A stretch of DNA of 64,000 nucleotides from Takakia lepidozioides (taxonomy: Eukaryota > Plantae > Bryophyta). The translations under genes were made by a program, and so were the position numbers. The stretch covers positions 61,008,001-61,072,000 of the forward strand of contig CM060733.1 of the NCBI GenBank assembly GCA_030704615.1. Reading direction: 5' to 3'. This document shows, piece after piece, positions 49,336-62,849 of the stretch. The notes beneath the pieces were generated by a model that made no database searches, was not told the origin of the DNA, and saw nothing but the letters and a program-made list of their open reading frames with translations. Each line of letters starts with the position of its first letter. Within the stretch, counting starts at the first letter, position 1.

Positions 49336-50599
49336 TACCAAAGCATTCAATAGTATCCGGGAAAGCCGAGCAGACCCGAGAAATTTTCTAAGTCCCGAGT
49401 AGACCGGACCCACGAGTAGACCACCCGAGCAGACCCGGATCCGCGAGTGGACCCGCCGGGTGGTCGCGGGGGAAAGGAGGGGGGGGGGGGACCCCGCGTT
49501 TGTGCGTCCGTGCGCTACCTGGCCCACACGTCAGACTTAAGTCCCAATTAATCTAAAATGGGAGCGAATGCAAAGTGCATGCCAATTTTCACATCAAACC
49601 AACATTTTACTGCACATGCTGCTTTGTATATGTTTTGCTAAGGGTTGACATGTCCATCCCTAGCAAGCATATTCAAGCTTGAAGCTTTCCTCCAAACCAC
49701 GTCATCCCAAAACCATAATCACACAAATCCCTCTGGTGGGGGGTTCTCTTACAATACCCATAAGCAGTAGGAAAATTTTCAAGAGGATTTATTGGTGAAA
49801 ACCGAAATTCCAGTAGTTCAAGTAGCATCGAACAATTTTGGCATCATTGGCTTGGTATGCTTCAATGGCCCAATGAGGGGGGGGGGGCACGTTTCTAGTA
49901 AACTCCCCTCCACCCAATAATTTTTTGACCCCTATCCCTTTAGAAAAAATGCATATATGATAGCAAATATGATAGTAACTGCTGTTACAATCCAGCAATT
50001 TTCTGGGCTATTGGCTGTAACAGCAGCATGGCATTTTGGTTGTGAGCAGCTTCTGACGTTGGAGCCTGAACCTATGGTTTGGCTGAGTTCTTGTCCAAAA
50101 GACCCAATTCTTTCATAGACAGGTGCACCACCTCACATACTTGAAATGCTCCTTCCACCAGCCTCATCGAAACCCAATCCGTCACTCAATTTTACAAAAA
50201 CCAAAAATTTGTCATTAGCCAAAAATCGGGGCCCACTTGCAACGGTGGCGTTTTGGCAAATGTGGCTCGATTGGACCAAAAATTGGCACGCATGTGCAGG
50301 GGGTAGGTGACCACAAAACGTCCAATCAAAATTTCCAAAATGTAAAAAAATCAGGATTGACATCCATTTTCCTAGTGGAGGATCACTTGGCAAAAAATCA
50401 AAATACCCTGCGGGCGTTTAAGGGTTAATGGTGTCTATTGGTTTTCTTTCTTTGCCACATAATAACATTCTATTTCAAACATATGTTAATATATCATTGG
50501 ATATAGTAGGATTGTCATTTAATTGGCTAACCAAGGTGCTTTTGAAAATAAATTTTTATGTACTTTGACAATGGACGATAGTCATCTGCATCTTTTTTG

Positions 50600-53309
50600 T
50601 CTATTTTTTATTCATCAACAAGGGCATCCAAGGTATGCCGGAACTCGCTTTGACACAAAAACCTCTTCCATATGTGCCTATAGGGAATCTGAAATATTGT
50701 CCATTGTACTTTAAAACTTTGACTGGAAGACAAATTTTGATTCTGCATACTTTTAGCTTGGACATGAGTTTCTCCATCAACTTTATGAAAAGAACATCAA
50801 AAATAATATCACCACCATCTTCCATGCTTTTGAATAGTTAAACCTCCATCTATTTTTTGGTTATCTATGGTTGATTCCACCAATCTCGTTTGGTGACATT
50901 GCATGGTTTTTCCAAGGCTATTACATAAAAGTTGGGTTTTAAACAATTTAGCTTTTAAGGCCCTAACTATGCAATCATCTGTTCTAACAATAGAAAAATC
51001 AGATAGGTCAATAAAATGATGGTATTATCTTTCTCTTTAAAAAGTGAATCAAATGTATTCATATTTTTTTAGTGCTTACGTCACAAACCTTGGTCTTTTT
51101 GGATTTGCCTCAAACATTGTGATCTATATAGTGCTCGAGCACGCTCAATTAGGTCACGCCATCATAAGTCTTTCATTCTGCAACATATCACCAACTTGGC
51201 TAAAAAAATCTTTAAAACATCATAATCGACAATGGTAAAAAAAACGTGTAGACAGTTGAACTTAATATCCTTGAGAAGTTTGATGAGAAGAACCACATAG
51301 TGATAGGAAATTTCAAATCTAAGCATCTCTGCTGGTGAAGAAAGACTTCAGATTATAAAGTTCATGGTGTATCCTGCTCTTTCTCGTCATTGACTGAAAA
51401 TCTCTAAAAGTCGTAGATAATCTTATTTTTTTATTTTTTTTGTGCTATTCTTTCTTCTTAATTCGACAACACATTGTTCTTATCCTCATTCTGAAATCAC
51501 TTTCTGTTGAAATGGAAAAGCAAACAAAACATCTCATAAATATTTGGAAAACGAACTCATGTAGTGATATTATCAAATAATCTTAATTTTGTCAAAATTT
51601 ATCCGTTACTACATATGAATGATTGTTGAGGATGATGGTTGAATTGGTTAGAGGCTAAACATACTTTCCTCCCTTGTTGTTGTCAACCTTCTTGTGATTG
51701 TACTCCAGACTCCCACCACTAGTTATCCCATACATTTTATTTTATTTTTGCGCTTTCTTCGCAATGCACATCTTAGATTAGGAGTATGTAATTTAGAGAA
51801 AATCATGCAATGTGAAGTAGAATCAGAGGTATCCATAGATGAACTATTCACAGAGGGATGGACATCAAGCATGTCTACGGGGGAGCACCAACATCCATAG
51901 ACGAATTATATGGCTATCTCTTATCTGCAGCCTCTGTCAACTAAGTTATGACATCGTTTCGCAAAAATATGCAAGACCCCATGACACTAGGTCAAAAAGA
52001 TTAACATCTTAGAAATTTGTACTACGAGATGATCATATCCAGTGTGTATTCAGACGAAGATGTTGTTCGGCAATTCCGCTCTCGATGATTACATGAAGCC
52101 TCAAAACTACAAAATACTTTCGAACTCTTTTTCCCTGACTTAGACAATATGATGGACCTCAGCATGAAACAGAGCATGGGCTACAAGCGCTCCGAAAACA
52201 ATAACTAACAGCAGCATGAATAGTCAAGTAGGGGGTGGTAGCGGGAGAATCGACATGAGAGGGATCATGAGGATCATCGTTGATAAAACTACGAGCAACA
52301 TCCGGCCCATTCATCTACCATGAATCAATGAAAGACTAATGGGCCTTTAACCCCCTTCGTGGTCTCAACTCAATGATCTCAATTTCCCTGGAAGATGCTA
52401 GGCGCACATGCTCAACTCACAAAATTTCTTTCACGAATTCAAGCGGGTCTACAGTCCGAGGTCTGCACAAGGTTGCCACAAAAATACAAAAATCGTGTCA
52501 GATTTCTATCAACTGTATGTTTGCTTAAATTTCGCAGAACAAAGGCACAACCTAAAATCAAAGCTATCAAGTGCATATATGATTATGAACATACAAGGGT
52601 TCCACTGCATGAAAGTTAACACCAGTTTAGAGCAAGTCGATTGAGTTATGAAAATAATTACAATTTTGAATGAGTTCATTGGAAGCAATAAGGTAGGAGT
52701 CTCTTAAATTCCATATACTTCGAAATGATCTTCACTTGGGCAGGGTACTTGGCTTCAAGCTCGGGCCATTCTGAATTGCAATTGTGCAGCTCCTTACAAT
52801 TGCATCCAAAGCTTGAAGGTCTTGGAAATGCGTAGTGTCATTTCTTGCTTTTGATGACAACCTGTGACAAAGTCTTGAATGCCTCCACACCACTATTATC
52901 TGGATTGGAGCCAAATTCTCCATAGGCATGGCAACCAAGCTACCAAATAGAACATAAATGAAACAAAATCAAATATACAAGAATATAAAATTAAAACATA
53001 TGAGATGAATATTATTCTAAATTTGAGGAAAGAACAATTTATTAATACCATGTGTTGCACATCCGGGTTTGTATCAAACAAATGACGTCATTCTCCATCA
53101 TTCTCCCCACGTTTCTTCCTAGACCACTTGAGAATTTCCCCCGCGACAATGACCACATGATCACGTTCAAGAAAGTCGAAGAGCAAATTCGCATGGACGT
53201 TGTTCTTATGCTCCAATTCCGTGAAACGATATTCAATCCTTATCGCCCTCCGCTCTGGAATCTCTACTGAAATGAGTGTCAAATACTCCTTTTCATTCGC
53301 CATGGCCAC
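50600..53309 (-). pseudogene. Possible decayed multi-exon gene of unknown product
   Basis: Protein-like minus-strand segments with in-frame stops (MAMANEKEYLTL...DGE*RHLFDTNPDVQHM, then GT; further pieces near 52940-52660, 51400-51090 and 50850-50600) separated by AT-rich GT-AG spacers. No family recognised. Confidence 0.3.
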
Positions 53310-55227
53310 CTATACAACCAATCCTTACACACAGAATCCAGTTAGAATGAATAGATTGTCATGTCAAATGATTCTCATGATTGTTAAATTTCTATATACC
53401 TCAAAGGAAAAACCAATTCCAATGCAGACACAATGGAGCTACTCTTCAGGAGAAACACGAATCCACTGAACCATGAGAAATAGGTTTGAGACCAGCTTTG
53501 ATAACTCTAGGTTGCTTATCTAAGCCAACACAAAGCAAGATGTCGATACATCCAAGCCAAAGCTTCATATTGATCCAAATAATTGAACGTTTATCTTTCT
53601 GGAGCGCCCTTACACTCATGCATAAATTTTGTTAGTCAATTTGTCAATAGTTGCGTCTCACAATGACAATCTCTGAATATCTTCCACCCCAGCCCCTCTC
53701 TCTCTCTCACACACATATACAAACACATGCAAACAAGCTCGATCGAAGCTTAAAGTTGATCATTGACAAAAAATTAACTGTGTTCTCTAAACCTTGCATG
53801 AGATACACATTCAGAAAAGAGTTCGTAGTGGAACTGATATCTCTGTATCTCTCTAACCCTCCTGTCATCCATCTCTGTGAATTGGAATCCTCAACAGATA
53901 TTCGTTATGGCGTCATCAGATTTGAATGAAATGTAGGAGCTTACACGTATCATTCAAAACTCAATTGTCTCTCAATGTGGTGAAATACATGACATTGATG
54001 AAATTTATTTTTTGCTTCAAGTGTTTTTCAGAATCGTTCTACAACCAAATTAAGCTCCCCATTAGATTGCCCATTCTAAAATACGAAGACATAATATCAT
54101 TAACCCTTAATAGGCTAATTATCATCGTGATCGTATTGCAATTTAAGTTGTAGTATCCATAGATGTTGAAGTTAATTCTGAAAGCACGAGTACATGTATG
54201 TCTCTCTAATATTGTTCGTTACTTTCACAGTGTCTTATGTGGAACTGTTCTTTCGATTTTTTTTGTTGTCACACTATCGTTACAAGCAAGTTGGATATGT
54301 ATATAATTTGTAAATCAATTCGATTGTTTGGCTCTGGGGTTGGTTGACCTCAAGATGAACGTGATAGTTGGGATGAAACATTGATTAACCTACCATTTGA
54401 ATTACCTTAACAACTAGTTTATGATTATGATGTTGATGAGGTGGCTGCAATGTGTGATGCAGTTTAATTGAGATGTGGTTAGCCACCGATGATCTTGCAA
54501 ATGTTACATGACTTGTCTGTTTAGGTTAGTTTTCTATTTAAGATGGGGGCTTAGGTCTCAGTGGTGGTTATTATTTGGTATTCAAACAATGTACCTAGTG
54601 TAGAGTGTACGTGCAGATGTTTCTATATGAATGTGCGTGTATGTGATATCTGAAATGAGTAGTCTATGAGTTCTTTGAGAAGAGATTCATCCTTATTGGT
54701 GAAGCACGTTTTGCGACTACATTCGTTAATTTACCGTTCGCTTTGTATGAAGTGGAATCATTTCCTAAATGATAATTTGCTTCATATCCTTCTTTGCTCT
54801 AAATATAATTAATAAGTTTTTTGTGGTTTTTTGGATGTAGTACATAATCTTGGTCTAAGCCTTTTTTGTCTATTATTAGAGTTTTTCATGCTACGCTAAC
54901 AGTTACATCAGTATAACATGTACAAACTATAGTATAATTTATAATAATTATATATTTCTAACTTCTACTAACTATATTTTAAAAAAAACTATATATTTCG
55001 TTCTTCGCCACTTTAGAAAACCAGTCTATTATTAAATTATCTTATCCATCTATCTATGAACTAACATGTCAAAGCAAAATATGTACTTCGTACATATTTA
55101 TTCAACTTTGGAAGACCATAAAATGAATTAAAAAAATATAAACTTAGGCTATGTTAACTGGATTTTTTATCCCTTCTCAAGAATTCCAACATGAATAGAA
55201 AGTAATTGTGTAAATGAAATGAATATG

Positions 55228-55233
<6 letters not shown>

Positions 55234-55263
<30 letters not shown>
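55234..55263. repeat. (TG)n microsatellite
   Basis: About 15 TG units. Confidence 0.9.
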
Positions 55264-55265
<2 letters not shown>

Positions 55266-58200
55266 CGTGTTACCGAAGCAAGTATAACTCTTGGCGTCAC
55301 TTGATCCCAAAATGCTACATGCTTTTTGGTGGGAAAATGGACATTTTTTATGACATCCAACATGTGGTTTGAACCCACAATCATGAAGCGGCTTGTGTCC
55401 TTATAGTGCTGTGATTGTGTCCTAATGTTGATTGCCGCACTTGTATATGTATCACTCATTTTGACAATCTTTGTCTTTCCCTAGTCACCCACTTCAACTT
55501 GAGCAAAATTGACGACCCTTCAACTGCACAGCTGGGGGCTGTCTCCAATAATAAACGGGCTGGGTAAGGATCCTGCAAAATTTATGTCGTGTATAGCATC
55601 AGTTATCACATATCTGATGACATGTTCATGTTGGTTGTGGTAGGAGTAAGCGTATGCATACACTTGCGGCATAATCTCTAACTATTTTTACATCCACATT
55701 AATTTGCCGCCACAATGGCTAAAAGCTTCTTGCTAGCATGTGTGCATTAACTTCATGAAGAGCCAAAATACAAACATGCCAATCATGTGATGAGTTTATT
55801 CAACTAATAATACTTCATCTTGGATGGTGGCCCTTATTTGAGAGAGGAAATTGCCAATGGAAAACATTTCCCACTTCAAATTTCCTCTCATTAAGATATG
55901 CATCTGGGAGGGGGGAAAAAATAATTCTGGAAATGAGTTTCGATAGTGAAGTTATTATTATTATTTTACTGACAAAACTCTTTCATAATGTCAAATTTTA
56001 TTCAAATATGAAATATTCTATTTTTTAATACTATATTAGTATGTCTGCCAGGGTTTTAATTTTTTTCATACCAATAATTTCACAAAACAATTTTCTACCT
56101 GATTTTATTTTAAGTAATAAGATAAACACATTCATCATAGACCATCATCCATGCAACTGATCATATTGATCAGATATCCATCTATGGCGTATTGCTCATA
56201 TTACTGTGGATTGTGCTTACACAAACATTCTTTCCAAGGTTGGGCGGTTCTTTAGTTTACTTCATAACCGGTATATATAATTTGAAATACTTTCATGACG
56301 TGGTTATGCACAAGAGGATTAGTGTTTCAGTTATGATTTTTCTAATGACCCATGAAAATAACAAATTATTAAATAGATTTTATGTATAATTTTTAAGTAA
56401 GATTTTTCTGTAAATAATAATAATATTTCTTTATAATAACTGGATTGAGAGCTGAAAAAACCTTGTTACTCATTCTAGTTATGAATAATACTTTAAAACA
56501 GATTTTATCCATCAAATATCAATCCTAGGCAGTTCTCTACTCAAAAAAATAACCGGAGGTTAATATTTAAAAACAACATGTTATTTGATTTTTTTTTTTC
56601 CATAATCGCTGATTGTAGGGGGCCATCGTCAAGAATAGCTCAGGTTTTCAAGCTTGCACTCGTGGTTTCATACTATCATGCCTCAAATTTGAGACAACAC
56701 AATGAGTTAATCCAACATAACAATGTGATCTTGAACCCCAAGAGCTCTGCAATCACAACACGTAGGGGCATATAGCTATTGTTCCACTTGTTTGGTGTAA
56801 AGTGCGTATGTCGGCATGACAAAGTTCATGCGCTAGCGCATTTTGTGCCAAACACTAATGCTTAAATATATGAGGCACTAAGAGCATCTTACGACTATTG
56901 CTTCCTATCGGGAGTGGGCTCTATGTATCTAGAGATCAATATGTCAAATGACTTGGAAGCAACGTCGCAGTACCTTCTAGTCAACTTTGCGTTTTGGCAA
57001 TAGCCTTATTTACATGATCAGGCCGTTCTTCTATGCAGCTAAATTTAACCTAATAGCTCAACAACGAGTTTTTTTTATTTTTTTAAAAAAATTAAATTAA
57101 ATTTATTTATTTATAAATAATAAACCAAGGGCATAGCCTGTTAGTTTATTAGAGAAAAAATTAAACCTCAATGATGCCATAAGGCAAGGAAACATCCATG
57201 GAATGAGGGACGAGCCCAAACCAAATCTAGAGAGACCACTTTGGTAGTGTGAACCTAGTTATTACCCAGAACTTGACAAGCCTTAATTGACCATTGTTTA
57301 CCGTGAGATGGTGCAAAAGATGCGAAATGATGCGAAATGATGCAAGTGATGTGAAAACGTGGCCGCTCAATGCATGCAAAATGAAAGGACCTCCTACCAT
57401 AACTGCTAGCCTACCCTTAGCCTGTAAAGGTGCTGATCCCAAAGGCAAGTTGCTAGATACAGAGCGAAGGCACTATTGAGCTTTCGTGATCGCCTCCCTT
57501 GAAGATGCTTCCAATTGATATCGCCATCGACGTCGGGGGAGTCAAGGAAGCAACGCGCTCCTACCTCCCAAGCTATGGGGGATTGAGCTTCAAGTGCTGC
57601 TGAATGGCGAAAGGCTAGAGCAGATGATGTCTTGTTTGGCCCAGGTGTTCTTGAAGGTGTCGTGGAGCCCAAACTGAGCTTCCGGATGCTTGCGAATGTC
57701 CGCAGACAGTTTGATCCACGCCTTCCTTGCTTCAGTTTGAGTGTCAAATGAAACTTTTGCAAGTAGCATAGATATCGTGCAAGATGACATGTTAATGGTC
57801 CAACACACCTAGTAATCCATACGAGGTTAAAAGGTATATGTCCATACATATCCTATATGAAAAATAATTGTTAATGTCAATAGCTAACTTGAAGTATGTA
57901 AATGTTATATTTGTTTAGCAAAAAAATTATCTATATTTTTCAGTGCTAACATGTTAAGTTACTCACATTTATTTCAGTTAATTATATTTATATAGATATA
58001 GATAATATATTTCTCCAGCTCCAAATTCTGATCTTGACCACATCTATTTGTACCTTGCATACATAGAACTGGTGATCATGGGTTCAATTAATCCTTCAAC
58101 ATGTTCTTCTAATCGCCCAACACAATACATAGCATATGTGTTGAGCATCAAGCTCTATAAATTCGTTGGAATTAGTTAAACACATTTTATCTATTATGTG

Positions 58201-61200
58201 AACTATATATTGTTAATTAAGAGATGGAATATTTTACCGTGATGTGTGAAGTATGAACATCTTATATGTAGCTTATAACTTATCATGACACATTTTAATA
58301 TATCAGCACTTAAATAGGAACCATTACAACTATATAATTAAATTAATATAGTTACATAACTATGTTGAACTCGTTTTCCATGTACGAACGGTTTTTTTAC
58401 TTCATTTTTATAAAACGGATCTTAATATATATATGGCTTATATTATGTTGATATTCCCTTTGTATATTAGAATACTACACAAGAATGTTAGCTCAAAACT
58501 AGATGTCAACATTGAGCCTTTTATGCTTGGGGACAAAAAAGAGGTTTCTGATCTTAAACCACCTAGCTTGTAGGTCAAGAAGGGCATATGCTGATGATGT
58601 CATCATTAAAGAAGCCACCATTGTCTTTAAAGATATTCTAAGTTCTCCACAACATTTGGGAAGCTTCTCCAATTTCAACATGTAATTCATGATAGCATAT
58701 TGATGACTAATCTCAGCTTTTTTCATGTGAATTTGTCTTCAAATGGACATTGGCCCATGGTAATCCAATAGTGTTTTTTGTATAGGGTAAGAGCATCTCC
58801 ATGGTGAGCTGGGCCGTCAAACGTCATATACCCTGGTTACAGAGGAGATGGTAGTTTTTACGGGGAAGGTTTGGTTGGCACTCCATGTTGGGACAGTAGT
58901 AGACACGGCAGAGATAGCCCCGATGCAGACCCGCCACCCGATCACAATCTTGGAGCGTTGCCCTATGACATCATATCTCTTGACCTCACAAATTTAATGT
59001 ACAGTGGTTGGCGGGGTCCCTGTATGTTTGGCAAAAGTGTCATGCGAGAGGCAGAATTGAGGCGGGATGCAGCAATTCTACAAGGCAGAGGCAACCGTGG
59101 AGCAACCCCCGCGGCCTTTTTAGGACCCTGCCACGCCAGATTGCCGTTTTTAGGCAGGTAGAGTGTCACCGTGGAGTCCCCACTCCGAGGGCTTACTGCG
59201 GTGTGAAGGGAGTAGTTCGAGGGTGTAGCCTCGGGCAGTACAACCCGAGCACCAAGGTGGGCCGAGGGCGGGGGGAGACTTTCCCTGCGTAAAGACAGTG
59301 GGTTCCTTTTTCCGCAGTAGATGGCTGAGATCTCTTGAAGATCTTGGTGGATGGCTCAGATCCCTAGAACTAAAACGAAAAAGATGAATTTAGAAAAGAA
59401 AAGAAAAGAAAAAAGATAACAGGGCGTAAGATCCCACGGGGCCTTATCACGTAAGATCCCTGCCAACTGCTGACATGATTTTCCGTCAGATAAGGTCCCT
59501 GGAAATACAAGGGGAAAAAAGCCGTAGGTTTTTACAATGACCCTTCAAATACGTTGGGATACAGTGAATTAATGAATGAAGACTTTTGCCGAAAGAAGCG
59601 TAATGTGCGGTGTAACCTCAGCCGAAAGGGTTATCGCAGCCTTCGTTTGGAAGGTGGATACTGGAGACCTTCTAATGGATGTAACAGGGGCAACACGGTT
59701 GCCTAAATTTACGTCCCCAAACACTCAAAAGTCCCCATGTCCTTGCACATTAAGTAACCGGTTGACTTATTTATCCCCATTTTATAGCTAGGACGTTGAC
59801 CATAAGCAATGACATCCAACATAGGTACACATGGCACCACCACTTGTAAGGCGACCTTGTGCCCAAACAACCGGGCTATGTATTTTCGAACTATCTCGTC
59901 AACCCATTTTCAAATAATATGTAAAACTTAACTAGGGTTCCACATTGCTCCGCACTACTATTGACGATTTCTGAGACCAATCTTCCTTTTGATTGGAATA
60001 TATTGTATGCGAAAAACAATATGAACAATTTATGAATGTAATGAAAGTGTGCGATTTGACAGTTGTTTTGCCAAATTTAACCAGCGACGGCTCCTCAAAC
60101 TTTGTTGAGAAAAATGGGGTACTGGATCAACCGCCTACTTAACCCATGAGTTACGTGTGCTTCGACAAGAGTTTTTTGTCTTCATTCCTTCTTATGTAAT
60201 TCAATAGCTCATTATATTTTAAAATTTAATAAACAAATCTTAAAGAAAACTACATTGCATATAATTTTTCAAATTAAATAATTTTTATTAATTTTAAGAT
60301 CAACACATATTCAATCAATTATTGTTATTTTTTAATGATAAACTTAAGATGAAAATCACTCTAGCTAGAGCTGACGAGCTAATGTAACTAAGAGCTATAT
60401 TTTTAATTGTCTGAAATATAGATAAGAGATGAAAATCCAATATTAATCGTTTTGAGATTTAATTAACTATTACCAATATCATATTTATAATATGTATGTG
60501 TACTATTGTAATATATTAATTTAAAAATTGCTTACCATAAAATCAAAGGGTTGAACTTATAAAATCAAAGGGTTGAACTTATGAGGGTTTCAAAAACCGG
60601 ATGATTTATGCTTGTTTGGTGGTTTTATCATAATTAATATTAAGACGTGCAAAACACATTGAATGTGTGAAGGAACAAAAGAAAAGAAGAAAGTAATATT
60701 AGACCACATTCGCAAACAAAATAAAATAATAAAAAATAAAATTCAGAGTTTTTTTAAAAAAACAAATTCCTTCTTGGGCAGCTTTTATAACAACGACGAT
60801 GATAAAAGAGAATCCTAGGAATAATGTATGAAATTAATGCACACATGTGATCTCTGACAAGATGATGGGCCAGTTTTTGGCATATTGAATCTCCTCATCA
60901 TCTATTAAGAATGACATAGAATGAGGGGAGTGTAACTTTAGTTGGGTTAACAGTGGGTTGCAGAGAGGGAGTGTAAACCCCAGTTGGGGTTACATGGTGG
61001 AGAATGTAACTCCATTTGGGGTTACACTTTGTTATACGGCCGGGAGTGTAATTCACACTTGGTTTCAATATTTGACTAAGTCCGAATTTGGCTAAGTTTA
61101 AAACGGACTAAGAGGATTTACACAATACATGGGGGTGACATGAACCATTATAGAAGCCATAACACTACCATCCATTAGGAATCAAACCTTTCATCTTATC

Positions 61201-61213
61201 GCCTCCATTACCA

Positions 61214-61710
61214 CACTAGTACAGATTTACGTTTTTATGACTATAATATCACTGCATTTGCAGTGATAAGCGCTTTTATGACTACCTCACTCTGCAGCAA
61301 CAAACACGAAATCGGTTCTACCATGACTACGGAGTGATAAGTGCAAAGTCATGGTCGTCACTGAGGACGTGACACTTGCCCATCGACGCATAGTGATATA
61401 GGGTTTGGTGATGTAGTCATAAATAGATGACTACACGACTGAATGTTATGACTGAGGTTACAACTACAATACTACTGCAAAGCGCCTACATGGAGAGGCG
61501 TCTCCATGACACGTGTGACCCTCCAGATGTGACACGTAGCGTCTACATGGAGAGGCGTCTGCATGACACGTGGGATCCTTTGGGATTTGACATGTGTAAT
61601 CATCCCTGATGGGGCAATGGAGTAGTCATATCTTTATGACTACACGACTATGGGTATGGCTATATCACTACAACGTCACGTGGTCTGTGACTGACACATG
61701 TTGGTCATGT
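61214..61710 (+). mobile_element. CACTA/EnSpm left terminus with subterminal repeats
   Basis: Starts CACTAGTACAGATT at 61214, followed by many ATGACTA(C)/TAGTCAT motifs in both orientations and a tandem duplication of CTACATGGAGAGGCGTCT..ATGACACGTG. No partner end is visible in the window. Confidence 0.75.
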
Positions 61711-62369
61711 AGATTTTATAGTTTATTAAATATTATTTAATTTCAAATGACTAATTCAGATATTAAAGTAAATTAAATTAATATGAAACTGAATAAACCA
61801 TGTGGAGCTCTCATAAGCACAACAATTGGCAAAGAGGAAAGGCAAACCATGCTAGCTGTTGCAAAGAGTGGCAAAGAAAGATTCTACCACCAACCCTGTT
61901 GCATAGATTGGCAGAAGCTGCAACAATATGATACAATATGAAAGACACAACTACAATCAAACATGCCATCCATAAAAATACCACAACAACCTCAGAGGAC
62001 ATTGCACCTTCGAACGATATTGGAGGTTAATACATCAAACACTGACATGGTGTTTGAACCAGTCTGCCTATATATATTCCCAAAATATACTCATTGTTCA
62101 AGCACGAGAAACCCCAAGAGAAAAACTGAGGAAAACCCCCTAAGAAACCCCTTGAGAAACATTGGGGTCCAAGCAACCAGCTTACGCCGCCCAAGCAACC
62201 AACTAGGATAGCACACATCCAATGGCCATCACATTTGCATTCTACCCGAGAGTGAGGCCAGCCAAATGAGCACATGCCTTCATATGTGTTCACTCTCTAG
62301 ACCAGCAGGAAATGGGAGCTTGACAAATGTATAGAAATGTGGGAAACCTTGAGTAGGTGACCATGTACT

Positions 62370-62833
62370 TCACCCCTTCTCCCATCATTCATAGGTCTCC
62401 AAAACCTGCATCCCGCGCCCCTGCTGTGCATTCCCTGCAAGCATCACGTTCCACGACACCACATCTCGTTCAGCTATAGTGTTGAACTCTCCTTTCACAT
62501 CCTCAATGCTCCCACATTTGGCATACATGTCCACCAGAGCAGTGTGCAGGATGAGTTATGGTACAATTGCAGATTTGATGATGTCACCATGGATCTCTTG
62601 GCCCTTTTCCAGGGTTTCCAGGCTCGCACACGCATTGCAAACGCACACAAACATTATGTGGTCGGGCTTCACCCCTTCCCCCATCAGTTGCTCATAGATC
62701 TCCAAAGCCTCCATTCCACGTCCGTGCTATGCATACCCTGCAAGCATCGCACTCCACGGTACCACATCTCGTTCAGCCATAGTGTTGAACACTCCCTTTG
62801 CATGCATCCACATTTGTCATACATGTCCAGTAC
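62370..62833 (-). pseudogene. PLS-class pentatricopeptide repeat (PPR) gene fragment with stops and frameshifts
   Basis: VLDMYDKCG/AKGVFNTMAERDVVPWSAMLAGYA*HGRGMEALEIYEQLMGEGVKPDHIMFVCVCNACASLETLEKGQEIHGDIIKS...TALVDMYAKCGSIEDVKGEFNTIAERDVVSWNVMLAG, i.e. S-P-L-S-P motifs. Confidence 0.9.
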
Positions 62834-62849
62834 CAGGGGTGTCCGGAAT

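Larger units (their letters stand above)
46480..49536. mobile_element. Unclassified TIR transposon (3057 bp), TTAA-flanked, GT...AC termini, GC-rich subterminal regions
   Basis: Left TTAA|GTCTCACGTATGGGCCAGGCAGCG versus right reverse complement TTAA|GTCTGACGTGTGGGCCAGGTAGCG (21/24). Contains a protein C-terminal remnant on the minus strand (~47420-47148). Confidence 0.8.
42985..50424. mobile_element. Non-autonomous piggyBac-type element (7.4 kb including nested insertions)
   Basis: TTAA|CCCTTAAACGCCCACTGG at 42981 and CCTGCGGGCGTTTAAGGG|TTAA ending 50428: a 13-bp perfect CCC-starting TIR with TTAA on both sides. No transposase was recognised inside. Confidence 0.8.

Noticed and set aside
58791-58802. 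PIF/Harbinger TIR (TAA|GAGCATCTCCA)
   Set aside because: No matching opposite end was found.
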